Assembly (NCBI GenBank): GCA_044225505.1
Contig: JBGAIN010000089.1
Location: 1-32,773 of the forward strand
DNA from: Limisphaerales bacterium
GTDB lineage: Bacteria > Verrucomicrobiota > Verrucomicrobiia > Limisphaerales > SIBE01
Length of the DNA stretch: 32,773 nucleotides
Direction of reading: 5' to 3'
A program made the position numbers and the translations under genes. Below are positions 8,826 to 17,893 of this stretch, in pieces. Within the stretch, counting starts at the first letter, position 1; each line of letters begins with the position of its first letter. The notes under the pieces were generated by a model. It saw only the letters and a list, made by a program, of their open reading frames with translations, did no database searches and was not told the origin of the DNA.

Positions 8826-9353
8826 TCAACGCGACTCGCGCGAAAAAGACGGCGGGACAATTTCCTCGGGTCCTTCAACCTCGACGACGAAGCGCTCGAG
8901 GGAGATGTCTGCCGGCAAAGGAACTGGAGCAGCCGCCGTCAGTGTCACCCATTCGGAACGCTGACGCCCACTGGCAAACTGATTCCCGAAACTGCAAACT
9001 AGATTGACGGCCATTCCATCCTTCATTTGTGGTTCCACAATCACTCCGAAGGGAGCATAAAAATCCTCCAGCTCATCGCGGCGTCGAAGCGATGCCTCAA
9101 TGCGCCTTAACTGAGTTTGCTCCTGCACAAATCGAGTGTCCGCTGGCAACAGATTGCGAACCGCGACCAGCGCACGATACTCGCGATTTAGCTCATAGTA
9201 CGCGATTGCGAACTCAAGCAAGATCCTCCCGTTGCGATCACTAAGATCGACCATCTGCGGGAGAGCTTGGCCGTTGCACGCCGGGAAGCACTCCGGAGCA
9301 AATCCCGGTTCAGTTCTCGGATCGTTCGAAGGATTAGGATGTGCATTCATCAT
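8826..9353 (-). CDS. Hypothetical protein A
   Basis: 175 aa ORF with 3-bp gaps to both neighbours. Helical core with the ELEDFYAPFG motif. Confidence 0.75.
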   Translation of the reverse strand: MMNAHPNPSNDPRTEPGFAPECFPACNGQALPQMVDLSDRNGRILLEFAIAYYELNREYRALVAVRNLLPADTRFVQEQTQLRRIEASLRRRDELEDFYAPFGVIVEPQMKDGMAVNLVCSFGNQFASGRQRSEWVTLTAAAPVPLPADISLERFVVEVEGPEEIVPPSFSRESR

Positions 9354-9356
9354 CGT

Positions 9357-12300
9357 TCATTGTGGCACCTTACGGGCTGCGGACGGTCCAGCTTTATCCA
9401 TTCGGCGGATAGACTCCGCCAGAATCGCATCGTCAGGGTTAAGCCGCAACGCCTGATCGAAGTCACGGCGCGCCCGAGCTTTGTCTCCAAGCCATTGATA
9501 CGCTCGCCCACGGTCAAAGTGCATCGTGGCTTGCTTCGTCGGCGATAAAAGCGTCTCGCCATCTAAAACCTGGGAAATCTGTTCCACCATGTGCCAAACC
9601 CGGGGGCTTTCAGCGTCGACTTCCGCCGGTTGCACCTCGACTGCCGGGGGCTTTTCCGTCCGCATCGGAAATGCCGCGAACCGGCCATTCAATCTCAGTT
9701 TTTCAAGACCGCGTTGAAGGTGAGCCAAGTCGAACACCTGGATAATTTGATCACTCGTCAGGGCCGCTAGCCGGGTGGCTCCGGCATTCAAACAAAGGCC
9801 GGTCACAGGCCGCCGGTGCGGACTTTCTATGGTAGCGAGTTCCGTCGCTTGGAAGGGATCTTCCAGAACGAGATCAAAAAGCTTCACAATGGTCGGTTCG
9901 ACCGACACTGCAAGCAAGGTGTGATCTGATTGCGACAGCTTGGCGAGAGCGAAGGGCCCCCCCTGACCACTGGGACGCGACGCGGAGATTTCCAGGTCCG
10001 CCTGTCTCCACGTCTCTAATTCTAGAAATCGAACGCGTTTGTCGAGATGCGTTGCGATCCAGCGACCGTCCGGGCTAAAGCTGTAAGCACGCATACCCAC
10101 AAAAGCCTTTCGCAACGTACTGCGAGTGCTGTCGATGTCCCAAAGTTGAAGCTCTTGTCCTTTTTCACTGAACAAAGCCAACCAATCGGCCGTTCGGTTT
10201 AGAGCTAAAGACTGAAAATTACCCCGGCAAGGCAAAACTCGATCAGCAAACGGAGCGCCCAAAGCTGTCAGGTGAACGTGATCGTCGTGCAGGACAGCCA
10301 TCGATCGAGTTCCTTCACTAAACGAGGCGGAATTCAAACCATACGGCAGGCTCAGGCACTCGGGTTGACCAAGATTCACAACTCCGAGGCTCCCGTCACT
10401 GTGGTTCAGCCTTGGCCATCGATAAGCGCCCGAGGCAGTAGTCGCGATCAGATCGCCATGAACGAGATCAAGAAAAGCCGTTCGCGCGGTCTTAGCTGGA
10501 ATTGACGCCGCTTCTGTTCCCGTCGCTGAGTCCCATAACGTGACTCCGAGCTCGGTGCTCGTCACGAGAAGGCGGCCATCTCCGCCAAAGCCAAAACTGG
10601 TCACGGGCGACGGCACCCGGGACGGTCGGAAAACGGTATACTCCGGTGAGTAATAAACGCGCCAACGCTGAACGACTCCTCCAAACGCGGTATGAATCAG
10701 CGTATCACCCTCGTCACTGAACTCCAATCTCCCTTTGGTCAATCCCTCAAACTCAGCTGTCACTTGCCGAAAGGTCGCTAGAGTCCAAAGCCGGAGGGTC
10801 ATGTCGTCTCCCAGACTTGCTAGGAGCTCACCTTTGGGGCTGAACGCAATTCCACGAATGACGGCCGCGTGGGCTTGAGGAAGTTCCCTTCGTTTTAAGG
10901 GGTCCAAGTCCCAAAGGTAAATGTCGTCATGCTCAGCTGCGATCGCCAGTTGCTGACCCGTTGGATGCCAGGCGACGGCCACCCCTGAACTTCGCTGCGG
11001 CAAACTTACCGTCGTTTGGCTGTAGAGGTCGTAAACAACCGCGTGATTGCTGTTGCGACTCACTTCGGCCAAGCGACTTCCTGTGGGGTCAAAACGCAGG
11101 GTTGTGAACTGTCTTGGCTCCTCAATGTGGGCCTGCTCGGACAGGGTGGCGATGCGCTTACCGTCACTCAATCCGAACACCCAGATCACGCCTTCCCGAA
11201 GCCCTACAGCGAGCTTTGAAGAGTCGGCGCTGAAATCGACGGCGTTAGCGGCAATGCTGTTGGTCACAAGAAGCACGGGCTTGGATAACTGGCAGTCCCA
11301 GACCGCGAGTTGATTTCCACCGTCTTCCTCCTCTTGGACCGCCAGGAATCGTCCGTTTCTGCTCAAGACCACGTTTGCCAGCGCTCCGGCAGGAGGACGC
11401 GTGGAGACAATGCGGCCGGTCCGAAGGTCTACGATGTCGATCCGACCTGACGCATCGGCTTGCGCCAGATGAGTCGCATTTGCACTCAGTGCACACGCGG
11501 TAAACCCGGGCAGCAACTGGGTGATGTCAGGGTTACGTTCCAAGTCGATTAACGACATGCTCGCGATGGCCTCGTCCCGCAAGTCCGACTCTCGAGCAGC
11601 TTCGCCGCGTGCGCGCTCTATCGCTTTGAGACTGTCAACCCTCTGCCCAGCGCGTCCGCTATTGCGCAACATTTGTGCCTGGACGAAATAGGCGTGAGCC
11701 AACGCGATCTGCTGTTTCCGGTTGCTGGCCTTAACCGCTCGGAACGCGAGGACGCCAGTAATAGCGACCGCGGTGATGACCAATGAACTGATGGCCATCG
11801 CTCTACCAACACCGCGCCGGAACGCTTGCCGTTGGCGACGCAGCTCGGCTTCCGGAAGATTGGCGCGAACCCATTCGGCGTCAAAGACCCGCTTGTAAAT
11901 GCGGTTACGTTCGAGTAAACGTCCCTCCGCCACCCGGACAATGCCAGAAAGCCTGAGCAGACTGACGAGCGGATCCAATTCGTCATCGACCACTTGCCTT
12001 CCGCGCCAAACGCGCAGATAAAAATCCAGCAAATCGGCTCGATCTGCGTCATTACGCAGAAGCCGCTCTCGCACGAACACCAAATTATCATCTCGCTCCC
12101 GCGCCCGGTGACTGAAAAAAAGGCCGGCACAAAGTTCGTCAGCCAGGGCGGCCCCACGGGTTTTCGTAATCCCGGCGGAACTGCCTTTCCCTTGCAGAGC
12201 TTCGGCAGTGACCCGGCAAAGCTTCTGCGTCAAGTAGGGATGGCCATCGGTCCAGTATAGAATTCGACTGAGGAGTTCGGTCGCCTCGCAAACACTTATG

Positions 12301-13037
12301 GCCGACTGGTCCATTTGAAGCCCTCGCGCCAACGGCGCGGCTTCTTCTGGGGTGAAATCGTTGAGCTCGATACGGCGCCCGATATTAAACGGCGTCGTCC
12401 GCGTGTCCCGGATAAGGTCGGAAGGCGACGCCACTCCAAGGAGGCAAAACGTTAGTGCGCAGTACACCTTGTCCAAACCGCGGTGGTTGTAGCACTCTCG
12501 AATCGCAGAAAAAAACTCGTCCGTTGGAAATGGCAAACTCCGCACGAAGTCGATCTCGTCGACGAAGATGACCAGGCGAACTGAGGTCGGCTTTGGACCT
12601 GGTTGAAGCGTGCCATTGTCATCGGAAGAAAACTGTTTGGAGAGTTCACTCTCGGCAGCTTGGACGACGATGTGACGCAAGGCCTTCATCAGGCGATGCA
12701 ACGGTCCCAAGTGCGAATTAGACTGCCACAACGCCTCGAGTTCATCTTCCAGGTCCAATTCTTGACCCAGCATGTCCAAAAGGCCGTAATACCATTGATC
12801 TGGCGTGACGTTCTGGCCGCCCACCGCAGTGAGATCCAAAGCCGCTACTTTCATCCCGGCCGCACGCAAGCGCGTGGCCGTTCGCACCATGAGAGACGAC
12901 TTCCCCATTTGCCTCGCCGTCAAAACGTAGCAGAATTCGCCCTCCAGCAACCCTTGCAGGAGGTCCTTGTCCGCCCGCCTTTCGACATAGGAAGGAGCAT
13001 CCGATTGCAAGGAACCGCCTGTGACGTAAAAGTTCAT
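9357..13037 (-). CDS. AAA_35 (STAND-like P-loop NTPase) - hydrophobic helix - WD40 beta-propellers - C-terminal TPR
   Basis: MNFYVTGGSL..SYVERRAD start, Walker A TARQMGKSS, Walker B VIFVDEID, TPFNIG, WTDGHPYLTQ. Hydrophobic AISSLVITAVAITGVLAF. Many WD40-like repeats (AVAWHPTGQQLA, IAFSPKGELLASLGDDMTLRLW, FSPDGRWIA). TPR HFDRGRAYQWLGDKARARRDFDQALRLNP. Start set at ATG 13037. Confidence 0.9.
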   Translation of the reverse strand: MNFYVTGGSLQSDAPSYVERRADKDLLQGLLEGEFCYVLTARQMGKSSLMVRTATRLRAAGMKVAALDLTAVGGQNVTPDQWYYGLLDMLGQELDLEDELEALWQSNSHLGPLHRLMKALRHIVVQAAESELSKQFSSDDNGTLQPGPKPTSVRLVIFVDEIDFVRSLPFPTDEFFSAIRECYNHRGLDKVYCALTFCLLGVASPSDLIRDTRTTPFNIGRRIELNDFTPEEAAPLARGLQMDQSAISVCEATELLSRILYWTDGHPYLTQKLCRVTAEALQGKGSSAGITKTRGAALADELCAGLFFSHRARERDDNLVFVRERLLRNDADRADLLDFYLRVWRGRQVVDDELDPLVSLLRLSGIVRVAEGRLLERNRIYKRVFDAEWVRANLPEAELRRQRQAFRRGVGRAMAISSLVITAVAITGVLAFRAVKASNRKQQIALAHAYFVQAQMLRNSGRAGQRVDSLKAIERARGEAARESDLRDEAIASMSLIDLERNPDITQLLPGFTACALSANATHLAQADASGRIDIVDLRTGRIVSTRPPAGALANVVLSRNGRFLAVQEEEDGGNQLAVWDCQLSKPVLLVTNSIAANAVDFSADSSKLAVGLREGVIWVFGLSDGKRIATLSEQAHIEEPRQFTTLRFDPTGSRLAEVSRNSNHAVVYDLYSQTTVSLPQRSSGVAVAWHPTGQQLAIAAEHDDIYLWDLDPLKRRELPQAHAAVIRGIAFSPKGELLASLGDDMTLRLWTLATFRQVTAEFEGLTKGRLEFSDEGDTLIHTAFGGVVQRWRVYYSPEYTVFRPSRVPSPVTSFGFGGDGRLLVTSTELGVTLWDSATGTEAASIPAKTARTAFLDLVHGDLIATTASGAYRWPRLNHSDGSLGVVNLGQPECLSLPYGLNSASFSEGTRSMAVLHDDHVHLTALGAPFADRVLPCRGNFQSLALNRTADWLALFSEKGQELQLWDIDSTRSTLRKAFVGMRAYSFSPDGRWIATHLDKRVRFLELETWRQADLEISASRPSGQGGPFALAKLSQSDHTLLAVSVEPTIVKLFDLVLEDPFQATELATIESPHRRPVTGLCLNAGATRLAALTSDQIIQVFDLAHLQRGLEKLRLNGRFAAFPMRTEKPPAVEVQPAEVDAESPRVWHMVEQISQVLDGETLLSPTKQATMHFDRGRAYQWLGDKARARRDFDQALRLNPDDAILAESIRRMDKAGPSAARKVPQ

Positions 13038-13101
13038 CGCCCAAACTCGGTGAATGAACCACCGGCAATCCACTCGCATCCGCCAAGAGCGTCTCTCGCC
13101 T

Positions 13102-15012
13102 TCATCGCAGAGTCTGTCGCAGGTAGCTAGCGTAAAGCTCGCACCGCGGCTTTGCTTCGACAGCTGATTCACCCTTCAAAACACCAGCGCTGCGCAGCCG
13201 GTAGAAGCTCTCTGGACTTGGGCAAGGCTGGCCCTGCAACACTCGTTCCACCGCTTCCACCAACACTGGATCTTGCCGCAGCGCAAAACGCAATCGTCGC
13301 AAGTGCGCTCCGAAAATGCCGTCATCCCGCCCCACTAACAGTTCGAACGCCTCGAAATTGAAATGTTGCGTTACCAACTCGTGAAGTCCGCGTCGCGTCA
13401 AATAGGGATGGCCCCCCAAAAGTTGGTAAAACTGAGCCACCTCTTCAGGCGTACGCAGCGGATTGCCATAGCGAAAGTTCAGTTCATTCACTTGCGCCAT
13501 ATCGAAGTCGTCCAAGCTCAGTTGAGTCCCGACGTTGAACGGCGATTGGTTCAGGTCCGTGATGAAAAGGTGAGCCTCCGTCGCATAGGCAATCGCAAGC
13601 GTCAGCTTAGCCCACGGCCCATTCGGATCTAACGCGCGTTTGTTAAACCAAGCGCGAAACATTCCAAAAACCTGCCCTCCAAAACTTGTGCTGAACAAGC
13701 GATCGACTTCGTCTAACCCCCAGAAGAGGCGGGTAGGAACGCTTGGAATGGCCTGTCGCCGCATGAACCGCTCAAAATTGTTGTTCGGGCTCCGCCGATC
13801 ATCCCAGCTCTTGGCCAAGGTTTCATCCAACTCCAAGCCATCTTCCAGGCCGCAAGCTAACGCCAGATAAAAATCTTTCAGCGAATGCAGATCCGATTCG
13901 TTAAACTCCTGAATATCGGTCAGAACGACCCGGGCCTTTTCCTCGCGAGCTTGCTGCAATGCTCGAGCCAACAGCGATGTTTTCCCCATTTGGCGCGCGC
14001 CCTTCACCAAAATGATAGAGTCCTTACGAATCAGGGCATCTTGAAACTCCGCATCCGCTGGTCTCTCAATGTAAAACGCTGAATCGAGAGGCACAGCCCC
14101 GCCGATCGCTTCGAGTTGAGGCTCCTCCTTGGGTTCGGGCGGTCCTTTTTCGCTCCACAAAGCGCGGAACCATCGTTTCCCCACGCGACTTTCACTCTCC
14201 GTGGTCTGACGAATTTTATTCAGCTCCTCGAACATATCTCGAGCTGACTGAAAGCGGCGGCGAGGTTCCGGATCGCACGCACGCAAGATCAGATCATTAA
14301 ATTTCCGCAGCGCTTGGATGTCCGTTCCGTCCGGCAGGTAAGTTGGCAAATCCGGAAACGAGAGCCGATCTTTGCCTGTGCTAATCTCGTAAAGCACTTT
14401 CCCGAGACTGTACAGGTCCGTGCTGGGACTGCTAGTGCCTTTCGTCGGCATGTAACCCTCGGTCCCAAGCACGGTCGCTTGACGACCTCGATTCGTCACC
14501 AGTCCAACATCCGCCAACTTGGCCTTCCCTCCAACAAAGACAATGTTCGACGGCTTAATATCTCGGTGAATCAATCGGCGATGATGCAGACAACCTAGAG
14601 CCGCTGTCAGCGAAAGGCCAATCTGCAAGCACTCGGGAAATGGTAGTTTTCCTCGTTTCTCAATTTCTGCACTGAGCGTCAGTGGTTGGTAGGTATCCGG
14701 AATTATGTCCGGACGTCGCCGCACGTCATCTGCCAGCTCCATGACGTAGTAGAAATAACCGTCCCGGTCGTTTCGACCGATGTGCAAAATAGCAACGAAC
14801 CCATCATGAGATCGAGAGATCGGCTCAAAATGGCGTATCCCCTGGAACTCCTGTTCGTACGGGCGCTCGTCCTTGAAGCTACGTCGATAGACGACCTTGA
14901 TCGCACGAAAATGCCCCAGGACGTTCTTGGCGAGCCAAACCACTCCGAAGCTGCCATCCCCGATAGGGCGAAGCAACTCATACTCAGGAACGCTGAGCGG
15001 TTCGATGCTCAT
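13102..15012 (-). CDS. Hanks-type Ser/Thr protein kinase fused to a C-terminal AAA_35 NTPase domain
   Basis: Kinase motifs GDGSFGVV, RAIK, YVMELAD, HRDIKPSN, ADVGL, DLYSLG. AAA_35 from GGAVPLDSAFYIERPAD with Walker A GARQMGKTS, Walker B LDEVD, SPFNVG, GGHPYL. Confidence 0.92.
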   Translation of the reverse strand: MSIEPLSVPEYELLRPIGDGSFGVVWLAKNVLGHFRAIKVVYRRSFKDERPYEQEFQGIRHFEPISRSHDGFVAILHIGRNDRDGYFYYVMELADDVRRRPDIIPDTYQPLTLSAEIEKRGKLPFPECLQIGLSLTAALGCLHHRRLIHRDIKPSNIVFVGGKAKLADVGLVTNRGRQATVLGTEGYMPTKGTSSPSTDLYSLGKVLYEISTGKDRLSFPDLPTYLPDGTDIQALRKFNDLILRACDPEPRRRFQSARDMFEELNKIRQTTESESRVGKRWFRALWSEKGPPEPKEEPQLEAIGGAVPLDSAFYIERPADAEFQDALIRKDSIILVKGARQMGKTSLLARALQQAREEKARVVLTDIQEFNESDLHSLKDFYLALACGLEDGLELDETLAKSWDDRRSPNNNFERFMRRQAIPSVPTRLFWGLDEVDRLFSTSFGGQVFGMFRAWFNKRALDPNGPWAKLTLAIAYATEAHLFITDLNQSPFNVGTQLSLDDFDMAQVNELNFRYGNPLRTPEEVAQFYQLLGGHPYLTRRGLHELVTQHFNFEAFELLVGRDDGIFGAHLRRLRFALRQDPVLVEAVERVLQGQPCPSPESFYRLRSAGVLKGESAVEAKPRCELYASYLRQTLR

Positions 15013-15052
15013 GGCTAACAACGTGACACCCCTGGTTGAGCGTCAAAACTCA

Positions 15053-15094
15053 GTAACGTTACGCACTTTATTCGAGCTGTCACTGCAATTCCAA
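15053..15094 (-). promoter_or_regulatory. Candidate sigma70-like promoter (TTGGAA-N18-TAAAGT) with a perfect 10-bp palindrome GTAACGTTAC near the predicted start site
   Basis: Read directly from sequence, 41-82 bp upstream of the kinase ATG. Function is unverified. Confidence 0.3.
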
Positions 15095-15378
15095 GATCCT
15101 GCCCCGGTCCGTCCATTTACTCTCAAAGCCGACAAAACTTTCCCAAATGTGATCGGCCCCTTACGCCGCCCGCAATGGCCCTTTCCTATAACTACGCGGC
15201 GGAAACCCCGGATCTTTCAGGTTTCTGCAAAAATCTTGCGGTGGACTCCCGCCCCCGCCCTGCCGCGTCTCGAGGCAAATTCGAACCGAGGATCGCGGCC
15301 TAGTTCAATTTCAGCCGGCTGCATCTCCATGAAACGACCCTGGTGGCGAATTCAAAACTATTACCACGCCGCTGATTC

Positions 15379-16653
15379 TCACGGAGCAACCGTGGTTAAC
15401 ACGCCGAAAAATGTTTCGATATGTTTCATCGCGTTGGTCCGCCCAGCGTCGTCGATGGCACTATTCGCCACCCACTGCTCGATTTGGGCGCGACGGGAAA
15501 TAAAACGGTCTTTTCCGGCCTTGAAAAAAGAGACCATGGTGCGGTCCTTGATCAGCGAAACGCGATAGAGAGCTTGTCGATCCAATTCCGGAAGCTCTGG
15601 ATGGTAGTCGTGCGGAGCTGACGCCCGAACCTCACCCGTGACCCACGAGGCGAGATCGAAATCGCCCGCCACGGGGATCAATTGTCCATTCGGAAGCTCA
15701 ATCACCTCCGTATTTCGAACGTTGGCTCCCGTCAGTGGGAGTTCGTAATCCCAGTTCCCAAGCAATGCGTGGAATAGTTCCATGTCCACGACCAACTGTT
15801 CGTCAAACTTAGGGTTCTCTAGCCTGGCAATCTCGGCATCACTAAGAGCACGGGCACCATGATGTTCCGCGACAACCTCGATATCCTCCAGAACGAGCGC
15901 ACTCCGGGTCAACTGCCATCCCGAGTCAAGAGCATTGGTGCCTGAGACGTCTCGATACTCGATTCGCGCACGGCGGACTCGGGGTGACACGAACTCCAGA
16001 AGCCTCATCACTTCATAGGCCGTTGCTTCGCGATAGGTCGCTCGCTCATCGCGCAACCGACCGACATTTCCACGTCCCCCCTCCGCACAGTGCGTCCCAA
16101 TCTTGATCTCCCGCGCGTCAAAGAAAGGCGTGCCGAGACGGTCTTCCTTGGACACTTTAAACTTTATCTTGGGAAAGGGGCACTCTTGGAGGCTTGAATT
16201 CCCCCGCACGCGCAAGTTTACGGGCAAATCGTAACCAGCAAACTGTAGTCTTCCATCAAAGTTGGGCTTCTCCCGTCGTGGGGGAAATATGCCGTCGGGC
16301 GTGCCAGCCAACGCGAGTTCAAAATGCTGTTGGAACGGCCCTGTCAAAGTCCAGGCAACGACTGAGTTGGTTTCAAAGATACTGGTTGGACTGTCGTCCC
16401 GTGTCCTAAAAAACTGCATTTGGCGACTCGGCTCGACCGGCAAAGGGCTTGCTCCAGTGGTCAGCCCGACCCATGGTCCAGTCGCATGGTCGGATAACTC
16501 CAGCGCTCCGCTAAACGTCAGGATGATTGTGCCGCTGCCATCACGTTGGATTTTGACATCCGGCGTTCCAGCTATCGCGCTTTGACCACGGACCAGAAGT
16601 AAGCCGCAGATCGCGACGGGGAGTGAAATTCGGGTGAATCGATTCAAGCGCAT
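15379..16653 (-). CDS. Secreted CotH-like (atypical kinase fold) protein with a short N-terminal beta module
   Basis: Signal peptide (…GQSAIA). CotH-like motifs VRGNSS...KIKF, YREATAYEVMRLL...PR, LGNWD...N, IPVAGDFDLA. Confidence 0.65.
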   Translation of the reverse strand: MRLNRFTRISLPVAICGLLLVRGQSAIAGTPDVKIQRDGSGTIILTFSGALELSDHATGPWVGLTTGASPLPVEPSRQMQFFRTRDDSPTSIFETNSVVAWTLTGPFQQHFELALAGTPDGIFPPRREKPNFDGRLQFAGYDLPVNLRVRGNSSLQECPFPKIKFKVSKEDRLGTPFFDAREIKIGTHCAEGGRGNVGRLRDERATYREATAYEVMRLLEFVSPRVRRARIEYRDVSGTNALDSGWQLTRSALVLEDIEVVAEHHGARALSDAEIARLENPKFDEQLVVDMELFHALLGNWDYELPLTGANVRNTEVIELPNGQLIPVAGDFDLASWVTGEVRASAPHDYHPELPELDRQALYRVSLIKDRTMVSFFKAGKDRFISRRAQIEQWVANSAIDDAGRTNAMKHIETFFGVLTTVAP

Positions 16654-16993
16654 GACGTCAATTGGATAAAAATCGATGGTGTTCAGGCCGCGGCAATGGA
16701 CTGTGTTACCGTGGTCGCTTCTTTAAGCTATGCCAACGTGCCTTGGGTGCCTGGGTTGGTAAATAGAACCAACGGTCCACTGTCGATCTCGTTTCCCAGC
16801 TTGGTTTAGGCTTCCGAATCAGTCTGGTGAAAAGAAGCCCGTGGGACACGAAAAGCGTCGATTGTCAGCTAAGACTCAGGTTGTCGTGTCAAACGGCATC
16901 GGCAACGGGCCTCTGACTGCAGGCGGTTGGAGAGATCCACGCCGCAGCGCGATTTGGGATGGCTCCCGTTTAACGGCAGCGTAAGGCCCGGTT

Positions 16994-17743
16994 CTAATCT
17001 GAGGAACGTCTGTAAGCCCCGCGGACCTGTTGGATGAGGGTCGTAAAGGTCGCCGCCATGATCTTGAGGTCAAACCACAAGCTCTTGTTCCGAGCATAGT
17101 AGACGTCCAGGTCGATCATCTGGCTAAAGGTCGTTCGGTTCTTCCCGCTCACCTGCCAAAGTCCCGTGAGTCCAGGTAAGGTCTCAAAACGAGCATACTG
17201 CCAGGCCCGATAACTCAGCAATTCATGCGGCGTGCAAGGTCGAGGGCCGACCAAGCTCATCTCGCCGCGCGCGACGTTAATGAGTTGAGGCAGTTCGTCA
17301 AGGCCTGTGGCTCGGAGCATCCGACCGAATCGGATTAGGCGCGGGTCGTTTCGTTCGTCCAACTTCGTCATCGGAACGTCTGACTGGACCAAAGAATCGA
17401 CATATTGCTGGTGCGACAGGGTGTCACAACCCACATGCATCGTTCGAAACTTAAGGCAGATGAACCCCTTACGCCGGTAGCCAACTCTCTCCTGACGAAA
17501 AAAGATCGGTCCAGACGAAACACACTTGATGATCATGGCAATCGCCAGCATCAGAATGAGCACCCCAGGCAGGCCAAGAACCAGGCAAGTCAGATCAAGT
17601 GCGCGTTTCCAAGGCAGCGCGTTCAAAATCCCTGTTACCGCCCCTTCCCGGCCCTCGTGCGAAAGTTCAATCGACGACGAAGCCGCCTTCGAGTGAGGCA
17701 GCTTGGCGGATCCCATACCCAGCACGTTTGGGGAAGCGTTCAT
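16994..17743 (-). CDS. Bacterial sugar transferase (priming polyprenyl-phosphate glycosylphosphotransferase, WcaJ/WbaP C-terminal-domain type)
   Basis: KRALDL, single TM helix, FFRQERVG, KFRTM, DPRL, LDELPQLINV, GEMSLVGPRP, PGLTGLWQVSG, LDVYY. Start uncertain (17743 or 17779). Confidence 0.93.
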   Translation of the reverse strand: MNASPNVLGMGSAKLPHSKAASSSIELSHEGREGAVTGILNALPWKRALDLTCLVLGLPGVLILMLAIAMIIKCVSSGPIFFRQERVGYRRKGFICLKFRTMHVGCDTLSHQQYVDSLVQSDVPMTKLDERNDPRLIRFGRMLRATGLDELPQLINVARGEMSLVGPRPCTPHELLSYRAWQYARFETLPGLTGLWQVSGKNRTTFSQMIDLDVYYARNKSLWFDLKIMAATFTTLIQQVRGAYRRSSD

Positions 17744-17893
17744 GGCAGCGTTACAAACCTGTGCATTTCGGTCCAACAAATCATTATGTCCTATAGAGCC
17801 TACGGGCGCAGAAAGCCGAATCTTTCACTAAGAATCAGCAAAGTTCCAACGCCCGGGGTTCCTGGCTCGCGTGACATACTACTCCGGTCAGCC

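Noticed and set aside
13038..13172. ORF-track N-terminal extension of the AAA_35-WD40 protein overlapping the kinase gene
   Set aside because: The AAA_35 domain begins at MNFYVTGG (13037). The extension is not protein-like, and I saw no evidence for a frameshifted single fused gene since both genes have complete AAA_35 domains.
9357..15012. Assignment to a named defence system (Avs, bNACHT, Stk2)
   Set aside because: The NTPases have AAA_35-type signatures and no nuclease, TIR or SIR2 effector is visible. A defence role remains only a hypothesis.
14897..15568. 223-aa plus-strand ORF spanning the intergenic region
   Set aside because: Overlaps two well-supported minus-strand genes and has no motifs.
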